From Candidatus Kaiserbacteria bacterium (GTDB taxonomy: Bacteria > Patescibacteriota > Minisyncoccia > Phycocordibacterales > Phycocordibacteraceae), in assembly GCA_023269035.1 (NCBI GenBank), contig JAHFMJ010000002.1, forward strand, positions 12,671 through 76,670: 64,000 bases of DNA. The letters run 5' to 3'. Numbering within the stretch: position 1 is the stretch's first letter; each line of letters opens with the position of its first letter. The position numbers were made by a program, and so were the translations under genes. Positions 50,583 to 59,942 of the stretch are shown piece by piece. The notes beneath the pieces are model-generated. The model was not told the DNA's origin and made no database searches. It saw only the letters and a program-made list of their open reading frames with translations.

Positions 50583-51612
50583 GGTGCCGCTTACCATAGG
50601 GGCCGCGATGCTGCTCGCAGCCGTAGCTTTTGCGTTCGTTCCGCACGAGTGGGACACGAGCGGCGCATTAGCCGATGCGTCCCCGCCCAAGCCAAAACCA
50701 GTACTCGACAAGGCCGCGTACGACCGACGTGTACTCGCGCTCGCTAATTACCCGGCTTTGGTCGGTACCTCGACTGCGTCAACTACGCCACACCTTTGGC
50801 CGGCAAAAGCCGTCTACCCGAATGCCGGCGCTCTTTTGCCTTTCCGCCGCATCGTCGCGTACTACGGTAATTTTTATTCCAAAGGTATGGGAGTGCTTGG
50901 TCAGTATCCGGAGGACGAGATGCTTATCAAGCTGAAGGGCGAGGCTGCGCTCTGGCAAGCCGCAGACCCAACGACCCCGGTCACGCCAGCCATCGACTAC
51001 ATTGCCGTAACGGCTCAGGCGAGCCCGTCTGCGACCGGAAAGTACATACTCCGCATGCCGGACACTCAGATCGACCGCGCGCTCGAGCTCGCGGCGAAGG
51101 TGGATGGCATCGTCATCCTCGATGTCCAGGTCGGACAAAGCACCTTGCAAACCGAGTTACCGCTCCTGGAAAAATACCTTTCGATGTCGAACGTGCACCT
51201 CGCCATCGACCCGGAATTCTCGATGAAGCACGGCGAGAAGCCCGGCAGGGTCATCGGCACTTTCTCTTCCGCAGACGTCAACTATGCGGCAACCTACCTG
51301 GCAGGGCTGGTGCAGGCGAATGACTTGCCGCCGAAGATCCTCGTCGTCCATCGCTTTACCGAGGACATGGTTACTGGGTATAAGAACATCACGCCTTTGC
51401 CCGAGGTGCAGATCGTGATGGATATGGACGGCTGGGGTTTCGCGGCAAAGAAGATCAACACCTATAACACGGTCATTTATCCAGAGCCGGTGCAGTTCGC
51501 TGGATTCAAATTGTTTTACAAGAACGATCTGCTCGCGCCCTCGACGCGTATGCTCACGAAGGAAGAGATACTGGAGCTCAGGCCGCGGCCGATATTCATC
51601 CAGTATCAGTAG
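50527..51612 (+). CDS. hypothetical membrane-anchored/secreted protein
   Basis: About 361 aa from the ATG at 50527 (or 50608). TM anchor LTIGAAMLLAAVAFAFV followed by an extracytoplasmic domain. Blocks (VDGIVILDVQVGQS, LAIDPEF, KILVVHRF) vaguely suggest a TIM-barrel hydrolase-like fold. Confidence 0.45.
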   Translation: MHTQKTLHHKAAHHIKKLKVPLTIGAAMLLAAVAFAFVPHEWDTSGALADASPPKPKPVLDKAAYDRRVLALANYPALVGTSTASTTPHLWPAKAVYPNAGALLPFRRIVAYYGNFYSKGMGVLGQYPEDEMLIKLKGEAALWQAADPTTPVTPAIDYIAVTAQASPSATGKYILRMPDTQIDRALELAAKVDGIVILDVQVGQSTLQTELPLLEKYLSMSNVHLAIDPEFSMKHGEKPGRVIGTFSSADVNYAATYLAGLVQANDLPPKILVVHRFTEDMVTGYKNITPLPEVQIVMDMDGWGFAAKKINTYNTVIYPEPVQFAGFKLFYKNDLLAPSTRMLTKEEILELRPRPIFIQYQ

Positions 51613-51659
51613 AAAATCTGCTACTGGAAACCAGAGTTGGGAAGCGTTACACTGCAAGG

Positions 51660-53123
51660 ATGGATTGGGGTGGCACGGTTACCTACCTCGCAGAAACTTC
51701 GCTCAAAGGGCGCTCGGTACCCTTTGGCATAAAGGACCAAGACCGTTTTGCGCATGTCTGCGTGATGGGACGGGCAGGGAGCGGACGCGCAGCACTCCTC
51801 GCTCGCATGGCCCTGCAGGATATCGAGCGCGGCGTCGGGACCGTCATCTTGGATGCCTCAGGCAACCTCGCACCCCTTCTCGTCGAAAGGCTCTCCAAGG
51901 ATGTTCGCGAACGGCTCATATTCCTCGACCCTGCTGACGCGGAGTATCCGTTTTCATGGAATCCGCTTGATGAATTCCGGGCGCTCCCTTCCGAGCGGGC
52001 ACTGCCTGTGCTCTCGAGTGCGATCGCGAGCCTCTACCGCATCCCCTCGAGCGCATTGACCGACACGCTCGCGAGCCACCTTCTCTCGAACAACGAGTCG
52101 ACGATGCTCACCGCGTACGACCTCCTGACCGATCCGGTGGTGAGGGAGAAGGCGTTCGGCACGGACTCTGACGAGCGTAAAAACTTTGAGACCATCATGA
52201 GCGATGCCGCGGAGAGCGTCGCGATTGTCACCGAGCAAGGCCGCTACCTCGCCAAGGATTCATTGGTGCGTAACCTCATCGGACAGAGCACATCCAAATT
52301 CTCTCTCGCGGCGCTTGAGAAAGGCGGCATCATCGTTGTCGACCTCTCTCGTATCCGGATGTTCCCGACGCGCATCACCCCCCTGGTACGGCTCTTCACC
52401 CATGCAGCGCGTTCCCGCGGGCTCAGCAATTCCCCGGTGACTGCATTCCTTCATGATTGCCTGCGCTACCTTGCCGAAGAGGATATCGACCGCATCCTTC
52501 CTGAGCGTTCCGTCGCGCTTGTCATCGCAGAGAGCATCCATACCGAGGAAGACAAGCCACTTCGTGATAAGGCCCTCGCACGGAGCGGTTCCGTCATCGC
52601 CTTTTCGTCACGCGAGGAAGACCTCGCCTCCGTTGAACACCTCTTCTATCCGTACGTTTCTCCTGAAGAGCTTGCGCTCTTGGAGGAAGGGGAATGCTGC
52701 ATCGCGCTCACCATCGACTCGGTCCGCTCGCGGCCTTTTTATGCGCGCGCGCTTTCCCTCCCGGAGCGGACGGGATGGTCGGCGCACGACGCTCTTGCTA
52801 TCTCACGGGAACGCTCCACGACGCCGCGCATCAAGGTCGACCAGCTTTTCAAAGAGAAGGGCTCTTCTGACGAGAAGAGTGAAAAAGGGAAGGGTAAAGA
52901 CGATGACCCTGGTTCGTTCTCAAGCGCGTTCCGTTCGATCTTCGCCAAGCAAGCTGGCACGACCGGGGCGCCATCCGCGCCTGCAAAGCCGGGGACTACG
53001 ACAGAGACCGAAAAAGTGAAAGAAACCAAAGAAGCGAAGAAGGCGCCTGCGGCGGTGAAGCCTTCGGAGATCCCGGAAGAGGAGCTCCGTCGCATGCTGT
53101 ATGTGGAACCGATGCCAGCATAG
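51660..53123 (+). CDS. P-loop NTPase of VirD4/TraG/HerA-like (DUF87-type) family with degenerate Walker A and a Lys/Glu-rich low-complexity tail
   Basis: VCVMGRAGSGRAALLARMA has an Arg where the Walker A Lys is expected. It also carries …ILDASGNLAP…IFLDPADAEYPFSWNPLD…. The C-terminal 90 aa are K/E/T/P-rich. Confidence 0.45.
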   Translation: MDWGGTVTYLAETSLKGRSVPFGIKDQDRFAHVCVMGRAGSGRAALLARMALQDIERGVGTVILDASGNLAPLLVERLSKDVRERLIFLDPADAEYPFSWNPLDEFRALPSERALPVLSSAIASLYRIPSSALTDTLASHLLSNNESTMLTAYDLLTDPVVREKAFGTDSDERKNFETIMSDAAESVAIVTEQGRYLAKDSLVRNLIGQSTSKFSLAALEKGGIIVVDLSRIRMFPTRITPLVRLFTHAARSRGLSNSPVTAFLHDCLRYLAEEDIDRILPERSVALVIAESIHTEEDKPLRDKALARSGSVIAFSSREEDLASVEHLFYPYVSPEELALLEEGECCIALTIDSVRSRPFYARALSLPERTGWSAHDALAISRERSTTPRIKVDQLFKEKGSSDEKSEKGKGKDDDPGSFSSAFRSIFAKQAGTTGAPSAPAKPGTTTETEKVKETKEAKKAPAAVKPSEIPEEELRRMLYVEPMPA

Positions 53124-53901
53124 TTTCGTAGCACTTTTTGTTCTGGCGCTTGCTCCGGCAAGCGCCTTTGCAAATGTTGCAATAACCGAGGTCATGTACG
53201 ACGTGCCGGGCGCGGACACCGGGCGCGAATGGATAGAAATACAAAATACGGGCTCAACTGCGGTCACTGTAAGCGGCTGGAAACTTTTTGAAGGAGGGGT
53301 CAATCATAAAATACTTGCGGTAAAAAATTCCACGCTCGCTCCGGGTGCCTATGGTGTCATCGCCGACACTCCAGAAAAATTTTCTGCAGACTGGCCTGGA
53401 TTCTCCGGCACTCTTTTTGAAAGCTCTTTTTCTCTTAAGAACACGGGCGAATCGCTTGTCGTAAGAGACGCGTCGTCGACAGACATCGCTTCAATCACCT
53501 ATGACCCCGGCCTTGGTGCCGGCGGCGATGGCAACACATTGAACTTGATCGCGGGCGCGTGGGTGTTGCGGCAAGCCTCTCCTGGGGCAAGCCCATCAGA
53601 GGCTGCCATCGCCTCTCAAGAAAAGCCGGCAAAGTCACCTGCAACCAAGACCGGTGTTTCTGGAGTAAGCAAGGTAGATGGCGCTAACGATCCTGCTTTG
53701 GGCTCGCGAGGCGCCGTCACCATTTCTGGCGGTGCAGCCGGAAGAAGCGCGGAGGCCGCTACCGTATCATTTTTCAGTAACCACAGCATCTTTCCGTATG
53801 CGCTCGGACTGTGCGCCGTTATTGGTATCGGTATCGCGGCAGCCATACGTCCTCGCAAACAAGCAAAAGGCGAGTACACTATCATAGAAGAAAAATCATG
53901 A
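53101..53901 (+). CDS. secreted lamin-tail-domain (LTD) protein with C-terminal TM anchor
   Basis: Signal peptide (FVALFVLALAPASAFA). LTD signature (VAITEVMYDVPGADTGREWIEIQNTGSTAVTVSGWKL…). C-terminal hydrophobic segment (YALGLCAVIGIGIAAAI). It overlaps the preceding gene by 23 nt. Confidence 0.6.
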   Translation: MWNRCQHSFVALFVLALAPASAFANVAITEVMYDVPGADTGREWIEIQNTGSTAVTVSGWKLFEGGVNHKILAVKNSTLAPGAYGVIADTPEKFSADWPGFSGTLFESSFSLKNTGESLVVRDASSTDIASITYDPGLGAGGDGNTLNLIAGAWVLRQASPGASPSEAAIASQEKPAKSPATKTGVSGVSKVDGANDPALGSRGAVTISGGAAGRSAEAATVSFFSNHSIFPYALGLCAVIGIGIAAAIRPRKQAKGEYTIIEEKS

Positions 53902-54758
53902 GCGATTCAAAATTGATACTCGTCACTGGCGGTGCCGGCTTTGTCGGCTCGCGCCTTTGCGCGCGACTGCAGAAGGAGGGCCACCACGTCATCTCTCTTG
54001 ATAACTATTTCACCGGCAGCCGCGATGCACGGGTCCCCGGCGTTGAGTACCGCGAAGGACACACGAAGGACATTGAGAAGCATGTCAGTGAGACGCCGGA
54101 TATCATCTATCACCTTGGCGAATACTCGCGCGTCGAACAAAGCTTCGACGACGTTGCGCTCGTATGGGACCTCAACAAAGCCGGCACCTTTGGCGTCCTC
54201 GAGTTCTGGAGGAAGCGTGCGTGCAAGCTCGTTTATGCCGGCTCTTCTACCAAGTTCGCCGACGGCGGCTTAGGCCGCGACCAGAGCCCGTACGCCTGGA
54301 CGAAGGCCAGCAATACGGAGCTGGTACGCAACTACAGCGCCTGGTTTAAACTTCCGCACGCGATAACCTATTTCTACAACGTGTATGGCCCTGGTGAGCG
54401 CTCGGGGAAGTACGGCACCGTTATTGAGATTTTCCGCCAAAAGCACTTGAAGGGAGAACCGCTTACAGTCAATGCGCCGGGCACGCAAAAACGCAATTTT
54501 ACCTATATTGAAGATATTGTCGAAGGTCTTCTTCTGGTTGGAGAGAAAGGAGAGGGCGACGACTATGGCCTCGGGGATGAGCGCGAATATTCCATACTCG
54601 AGATCGCGAAACTCTTTGGCGGAAAGATGGTCATGGGACCTGCGACTGCCGGCAACCGCATGGCCTCCGCGATAGATACCGCAAAGGCAAAAGGGCTCGG
54701 ATGGAAGGTCACCACAAGCGTCGAGGAGTATGTGAAGAAGATCGTCGCCGGTTCATGA
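53898..54758 (+). CDS. NAD-dependent epimerase/dehydratase (UDP-glucuronate decarboxylase/UXS-like)
   Basis: MSDSKLILVTGGAGFVGSRLCARL… (GxxGxxG) and SDR fold blocks are present. The start was trimmed to the ATG at 53898. Confidence 0.8.
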   Translation: MSDSKLILVTGGAGFVGSRLCARLQKEGHHVISLDNYFTGSRDARVPGVEYREGHTKDIEKHVSETPDIIYHLGEYSRVEQSFDDVALVWDLNKAGTFGVLEFWRKRACKLVYAGSSTKFADGGLGRDQSPYAWTKASNTELVRNYSAWFKLPHAITYFYNVYGPGERSGKYGTVIEIFRQKHLKGEPLTVNAPGTQKRNFTYIEDIVEGLLLVGEKGEGDDYGLGDEREYSILEIAKLFGGKMVMGPATAGNRMASAIDTAKAKGLGWKVTTSVEEYVKKIVAGS

Positions 54759-55963
54759 AAAAGATACTGATCTTTTCCCTCGCGTACTACCCGCGCGTCG
54801 GCGGCGCGGAAGTTGCCATAAAAGAGATTACCGATCGCATCAGGGATATCGAGTTCCATATGGTCACGCATCGGTTCGATGCATCGGCACCTGCGCAAGA
54901 GAAAATAGGCAACGTGCTCGTCCATCGTATCGGCTCCGGCTCGTCGTATGTTTCAAAGATACTGTTCATCCTGCGCGCTGCGCGCTTTGCGCGCGCGCTT
55001 GACCGGGAGCACCACTATGACGCGCTCTGGGCGATGATGGTCTACATGACTCTCCCCATCACGCTGATGCGCCTCTTCGACACGCGCATCCCGTACCTGC
55101 TCACGCTCCAAGAGGGTGATCCGTATGAGCACGTCTTCAGTCGCTGGTATATCAGGATTTTCTTACCGCTCCTCTCCGCCGGCTTTCGCCATGCTCGCGT
55201 CGCACAAGCGATCTCGACCTATCTTGCGGAGTGGGCGAAGCAGTACGGTTTCAAAGGCACTCCTCGCGTCATCCCGAACGGTGTCGACACCAAGCATTTT
55301 TCACAAACATATCCGCCCGCGGTTCTCAACGAGCTCAAAGATACGCTCGGAAAGAAGATGGGTGATGTCTTTCTCGTTACCACCTCGCGCCTGGTGAAGA
55401 AGAATGCCGTCGACGACGTCATTCGCGCGCTCCGGCAACTGCCCACACACGTCCGTTTCCTGATTATCGGTTCCGGACCCGACGAGGCGATGTTGAAAAA
55501 ACTTGCACAGACATGTGGCGTCACCGAACGTGTCACCTTTCTTGGCCATGTTGACCATGCGGAGCTCCCGAAATATCTCAGCGTCTCCGACATCTTTATC
55601 CGCCCGTCCCGCTCAGAGGGGATGGGAAATTCATTTATCGAAGCATTTGCCGCAGGGCTTCCGGTCATTGCGACCCAAGAGGGCGGCATCGCTGATTTTC
55701 TTTTTGACGAGAAACGTAATTCTGATAAGCCGATTACCGGATGGGCGGTCGACAAGGACTCTCCCAAGCAGATCGCGCAGGCGGTGGAGGAGATCATGGC
55801 GCGCTCCGAGAAGGTGCGTGCAGTGACGGCAACCGCTCGACAGATAGCCGTTGCGCAGTATGACTGGAATCTCATCGCGAAACGCATGAACGACGAAGCA
55901 TTCAGGGCTCTTTTTGAAACGATGCCAGTTTCTGCTACCATTTCCCCTAGGAAGCCACAATGA
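54755..55963 (+). CDS. glycosyltransferase family 1
   Basis: GT-B/GT4 C-terminal signature (…SRSEGMGNSFIEAFAAGLPVIATQEGGIADF…). The start overlaps the previous stop (ATGA). Confidence 0.8.
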   Translation: MKKILIFSLAYYPRVGGAEVAIKEITDRIRDIEFHMVTHRFDASAPAQEKIGNVLVHRIGSGSSYVSKILFILRAARFARALDREHHYDALWAMMVYMTLPITLMRLFDTRIPYLLTLQEGDPYEHVFSRWYIRIFLPLLSAGFRHARVAQAISTYLAEWAKQYGFKGTPRVIPNGVDTKHFSQTYPPAVLNELKDTLGKKMGDVFLVTTSRLVKKNAVDDVIRALRQLPTHVRFLIIGSGPDEAMLKKLAQTCGVTERVTFLGHVDHAELPKYLSVSDIFIRPSRSEGMGNSFIEAFAAGLPVIATQEGGIADFLFDEKRNSDKPITGWAVDKDSPKQIAQAVEEIMARSEKVRAVTATARQIAVAQYDWNLIAKRMNDEAFRALFETMPVSATISPRKPQ

Positions 55964-56427
55964 AGAAAAAACCGATTATTGTTGCCGCCTCCGGAGGTTT
56001 TGACCCGATCCATATCGGGCATATCCGTTATTTGCGGGGAGCCAGGAAGCTCGGCGACAAGCTCATCGTCATCCTCAATAATGACAACTGGTTGCAGAAG
56101 AAAAAAGGCTTCGTCTTCATGCCGCAGAAAGAGCGCGCCGAGATCATACGCTCCTTCCCGTTCGTCGATCAGGTGGTCATCACCGATCACAGCAAAGGCG
56201 ACCGCGATGTCAGCGTGGTGAGCGCCTTGCGGAAGATCCGTCCGGCGATATTCGCTAACGGTGGCGACCGCTTCAAGGACGATATTCCCGAGGCGATCCT
56301 TTGCAACACCCTCGGCATACGCATGGTGTTTAATGTTGGCAAGGGCGGCAAGGTGCAATCATCCTCGCAGCTGACGGCGCGTGCCATGAAGAGCGCCATG
56401 AGAAATGTTCTGCGCCACATAAAATAA
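55960..56427 (+). CDS. cytidylyltransferase-like nucleotidyltransferase (RfaE domain II/TagD-like)
   Basis: HxGH motif region (IIVAASGGFDPIHIGHIRYL). 155 aa, CTP_transf_like fold. Confidence 0.7.
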   Translation: MKKKPIIVAASGGFDPIHIGHIRYLRGARKLGDKLIVILNNDNWLQKKKGFVFMPQKERAEIIRSFPFVDQVVITDHSKGDRDVSVVSALRKIRPAIFANGGDRFKDDIPEAILCNTLGIRMVFNVGKGGKVQSSSQLTARAMKSAMRNVLRHIK

Positions 56428-56428
56428 G

Positions 56429-57541
56429 ATGAAGGTCCTCATCACGACCGGGCTCTATCCGCCGGAGATCGGCGGGCCTGCCACGTACTCGAAATTCCTC
56501 GTCGATCAATTGCCCCGCTACGGCTACGAGGTCGAAGTCCTCGCGTTCCGTGACGTACGGGAGTACCCGAAATTATTTCGTCACTTCATGTTTTTTTTCA
56601 AAGTCCTTGCACGCGGTCGGCACGCCGACATCCTCTATGCGCAAGATACGATAAGCGTCGGCGTGCCGACCGCGTTTGCGAACGTCTTCCTACGGAAAAA
56701 ATTCGTGCTCCGTATACCGGGCGACCACGTGTGGGAACAGGGGACGCAGCGCTTTGGCGTGAAAGAGATGCTTGAAGACTTCCCGCTTTTCTCCTCACAC
56801 TGGCACCCCTATCTCATGGTGCTCCGGCTCTTACAAAGGTTCGTGGTGAAAAGCGCCGATCTCGTCATCGTCCCCAGCAAGTATCTTGAGCGAATCGTCT
56901 CCGCCTGGCAGGTAGAACCGCAACGCTTGAAATTGGTATACAACGGTATTGAAGAGTTCAAGGATACCGGCAACAAGCCGGTCCTGCGGGGGCTCCTCAA
57001 GTTCCAAGGCAAGCTCCTCGTATCTATCGGCCGGCTCGTCTCGTGGAAAGGGTTTGCCGGCCTTATCGACCTCATGCCGAGCCTCAAGAATGATTTTCCC
57101 GACCTAAAACTCCTTATCGTCGGCAATGGGCCTGACCTCGCATCATTGGAGGAGCGTGCGAGGAAGAAGGGGCTCGCTGATGACGTCATCTTTGCCGGAG
57201 GGCTTGAGCGGGACGTGCTTATCCGCTACATCCGTGTTTCGGACGTCTTCGTCCTTAACTCGCGCTATGAGGGGCTCTCGCACCAGCTCCTCGAAGTGAT
57301 GGCGGTTGGTGTGCCTATCGTCGCAACCAAAGTGGGCGGGAACAAGGAGGTCATCGACCATGAGAAGAACGGATACCTGGTCGCACCGGATGATGCGCCG
57401 CGCATGAGGAAGTACATCGGCGAGCTTTTGAGGAATACCGAATTGCGCGCCCGCATCACTGCGGCAGGGAAGCGGAAGGTAAAGCAGTTCTCGAACGAGA
57501 AGATGGCTCAGCAGACGGCGCAGCTGTTCAAAGCTCTATGA
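56429..57541 (+). CDS. glycosyltransferase family 1
   Basis: …YEGLSHQLLEVMAVGVPIVATKVGGNKEVI… is the GT4 signature. Confidence 0.8.
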   Translation: MKVLITTGLYPPEIGGPATYSKFLVDQLPRYGYEVEVLAFRDVREYPKLFRHFMFFFKVLARGRHADILYAQDTISVGVPTAFANVFLRKKFVLRIPGDHVWEQGTQRFGVKEMLEDFPLFSSHWHPYLMVLRLLQRFVVKSADLVIVPSKYLERIVSAWQVEPQRLKLVYNGIEEFKDTGNKPVLRGLLKFQGKLLVSIGRLVSWKGFAGLIDLMPSLKNDFPDLKLLIVGNGPDLASLEERARKKGLADDVIFAGGLERDVLIRYIRVSDVFVLNSRYEGLSHQLLEVMAVGVPIVATKVGGNKEVIDHEKNGYLVAPDDAPRMRKYIGELLRNTELRARITAAGKRKVKQFSNEKMAQQTAQLFKAL

Positions 57542-58596
57542 AGGTGCTGATGCTCTCGACCGATCGGAAACTCTTTGAAGCGGATAGCGCTGTAGGGAAA
57601 CGCGTTGCTCTCTATGCGGCGCTGATGGATGAGCTGCACATCATTGTTTTTTCATGCGCTCCGCATCGTCCGCCGATCCGATTAGGGAAGAACGTTTTCA
57701 TCTACTCAACGAACTCATTCTCACGTTTTGCCTATGTGTATGACGCCGTTCGGATCGGAGCGGCCCTGAAGGGGATAGATGTCGTCACGACGCAAGACCC
57801 GTTCGAGGTCGGGCTCGCGGGCATGCTCATCGCGCGCCGCCTCGGCGCGCCGCTCCATGTGCAGGTGCACACCCATTTTCTTGGCGCTGGCTTTGCGCAG
57901 GCACATTGGCCGCTGAATGGGATTCGCATGGTCATTGCACGTTTTGTCCTCTCTCGTGCAAAGCGCATACGCACCGTCTCAGAGCGTATAAAAGAAAAGC
58001 TCATCGCGACATACGCGCTCACGGTGCCTATTTCTGTCCTTCCTATTTTTGTTGATGCAGGAAAGTTTCACATGCTAGGGCACACCACGCATCCTCGTTT
58101 CAAGACGACACTCCTCGTGGTGTCGCGGCTCGAAAAGGAAAAGCACGTCGATACAGCGATTGATGCCCTGAAGAAAGCACGCGATGCCGGTTTCCCGGCC
58201 GGTATCGTTGTCGTTGGGACAGGGAACGAAGAATCGGCCTTGAAAAAGAAGGTAAAAGACCTCGGGCTTTCAAACGAGGTCGAATTTCCGGGCTTTCAGG
58301 CTGACCTGCTTCCGTATTACAGTATGGCCGACCTGGTGCTCTCTCCCGGCGCTCCGTACGAAGGCTTCGGCATGGTCGTTATAGAAGCGCTTGCCGCTGG
58401 CGTTCCTGTCCTCTCGAGAGATGTGGGCGTCGCGCGGGAGGCGGGGGCGATGATCGCGGAAGGGAACTTTGGCGACGCGCTCCTTGCCTGGCTATCGGGC
58501 GCGAGGGAAAAAGGAGTGTTACGCTATAGCCCATATGCGAGTACTGATGAATACGCGCGTCGCTTCGTAGAAGATATCGCGTTGTGCAAACCATGA
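57538..58596 (+). CDS. glycosyltransferase family 1
   Basis: …PYEGFGMVVIEALAAGVPVLSRDVGVARE… is the GT4 signature. Confidence 0.75.
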   Translation: MKVLMLSTDRKLFEADSAVGKRVALYAALMDELHIIVFSCAPHRPPIRLGKNVFIYSTNSFSRFAYVYDAVRIGAALKGIDVVTTQDPFEVGLAGMLIARRLGAPLHVQVHTHFLGAGFAQAHWPLNGIRMVIARFVLSRAKRIRTVSERIKEKLIATYALTVPISVLPIFVDAGKFHMLGHTTHPRFKTTLLVVSRLEKEKHVDTAIDALKKARDAGFPAGIVVVGTGNEESALKKKVKDLGLSNEVEFPGFQADLLPYYSMADLVLSPGAPYEGFGMVVIEALAAGVPVLSRDVGVAREAGAMIAEGNFGDALLAWLSGAREKGVLRYSPYASTDEYARRFVEDIALCKP

Positions 58597-59939
58597 GTAC
58601 GAACTCACACGACAGGAAATATTTTGGTACCGACGGGGTGCGGGGAGCGGTCGGGCAGAAGCTAATGACCGCCGACTTTGCCCTGCGGCTCGCAAACGCA
58701 GCCGCGCGGGTGCTCGCGCCGAATGGCGGGACCGTGCTCATCGGCAAAGACACGCGGCTCTCCGGATACATGTTCGAGTCGGCGCTCGAAGCAGGCTTCG
58801 TCTCCGCTGGGGTCAACGTCATGCTCATGGGCCCGCTGCCCACTCCCGGCATCGCGTATATGACGAAGCATTTCGCCTGCGACTTTGGCGTGGTCATCAG
58901 CGCATCCCATAATCTCTATAATGATAACGGCATCAAGTTCTTCGATGGCAACGGCGAGAAGCTCTCGGATGCCCTCGAGCATGAGATAGAGAAACGCTTG
59001 GAAGAGCCGTCGGTGACGCGCGAATCAAAAGCGCTCGGACGCGCGACACGCGTCGACAGGTCGCGCGCTGAGTACCAGAAGTTTTGCACCTCGACGTTCC
59101 CCGCGGGCCTCTCTCTTGAAGGCGTGAAGCTCGTGGTCGACTGTGCGAACGGCGCAGGATACAAAGTGGGACCACGAGTCTTTGCTGATCTCGGCGCGGA
59201 GGTCATCCCGATCGGCACCGCGCCGAACGGAACGAACATCAATGACGGCTGCGGCGCTACCGCGCCGCAGCTCCTGCAGCTGATGGTCACGGGAGCCCAC
59301 GCGGACGCCGGTATCGCGCTTGATGGCGACGGCGACCGCCTCATCATGGTCGATGCGGAAGGAAACATCGTCAATGGCGATCAGCTGCTCTACATCCTTG
59401 CCAAAGACCGCAAAGAGCGTGGCACCTTGAAAACCCCGGTCGTCGGGACCGTCATGAGCAACGTCGGTCTCGAGCTCGCACTGAAGGAGCTCGGCATCGA
59501 ATTTAAGCGTGCCCAGGTGGGCGATCGCTACGTGCTCGAGATGCTCCGCGAGACCGGTGGGACGCTTGGTGCCGAGTCCTCAGGGCACGTGCTCTGTCTT
59601 GATATCGCGACCACGGGCGACGGCATCGTCAGCGCGCTCCAGATCCTTGCCATCATGAAGCGCTCAGGTACGACCCTTCAGGCTCTGACGCAGGGGATGC
59701 ACACATTCCCCCAGGTGCTCCTCAATGTGGCCGTTTCAAAGAAAGTCGATCCGTATTCGGTCCCGGCGATAGAAAAAGCCGCGAAAGAAATAGAAAAAGC
59801 CTTAGGGAACGAAGGACGTGTCGTACTCCGCGCCTCGGGGACGGAGCCGGTCGTCAGGGTCATGATAGAGGCGCGTGAGAAAGAGACAGCAGAGCGATAC
59901 GCGAAGAGCCTTGCCGATACGGTACGCGCAGCTGTCTGA
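58593..59939 (+). CDS. glmM: phosphoglucosamine mutase
   Basis: KYFGTDGVRG…, the active-site Ser loop (ISASHNLYNDNGIKFF) and the C-terminal phosphate-binding region are present. The start overlaps the previous stop (ATGA). Confidence 0.9.
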   Translation: MSTNSHDRKYFGTDGVRGAVGQKLMTADFALRLANAAARVLAPNGGTVLIGKDTRLSGYMFESALEAGFVSAGVNVMLMGPLPTPGIAYMTKHFACDFGVVISASHNLYNDNGIKFFDGNGEKLSDALEHEIEKRLEEPSVTRESKALGRATRVDRSRAEYQKFCTSTFPAGLSLEGVKLVVDCANGAGYKVGPRVFADLGAEVIPIGTAPNGTNINDGCGATAPQLLQLMVTGAHADAGIALDGDGDRLIMVDAEGNIVNGDQLLYILAKDRKERGTLKTPVVGTVMSNVGLELALKELGIEFKRAQVGDRYVLEMLRETGGTLGAESSGHVLCLDIATTGDGIVSALQILAIMKRSGTTLQALTQGMHTFPQVLLNVAVSKKVDPYSVPAIEKAAKEIEKALGNEGRVVLRASGTEPVVRVMIEAREKETAERYAKSLADTVRAAV

Positions 59940-59942
59940 TGC

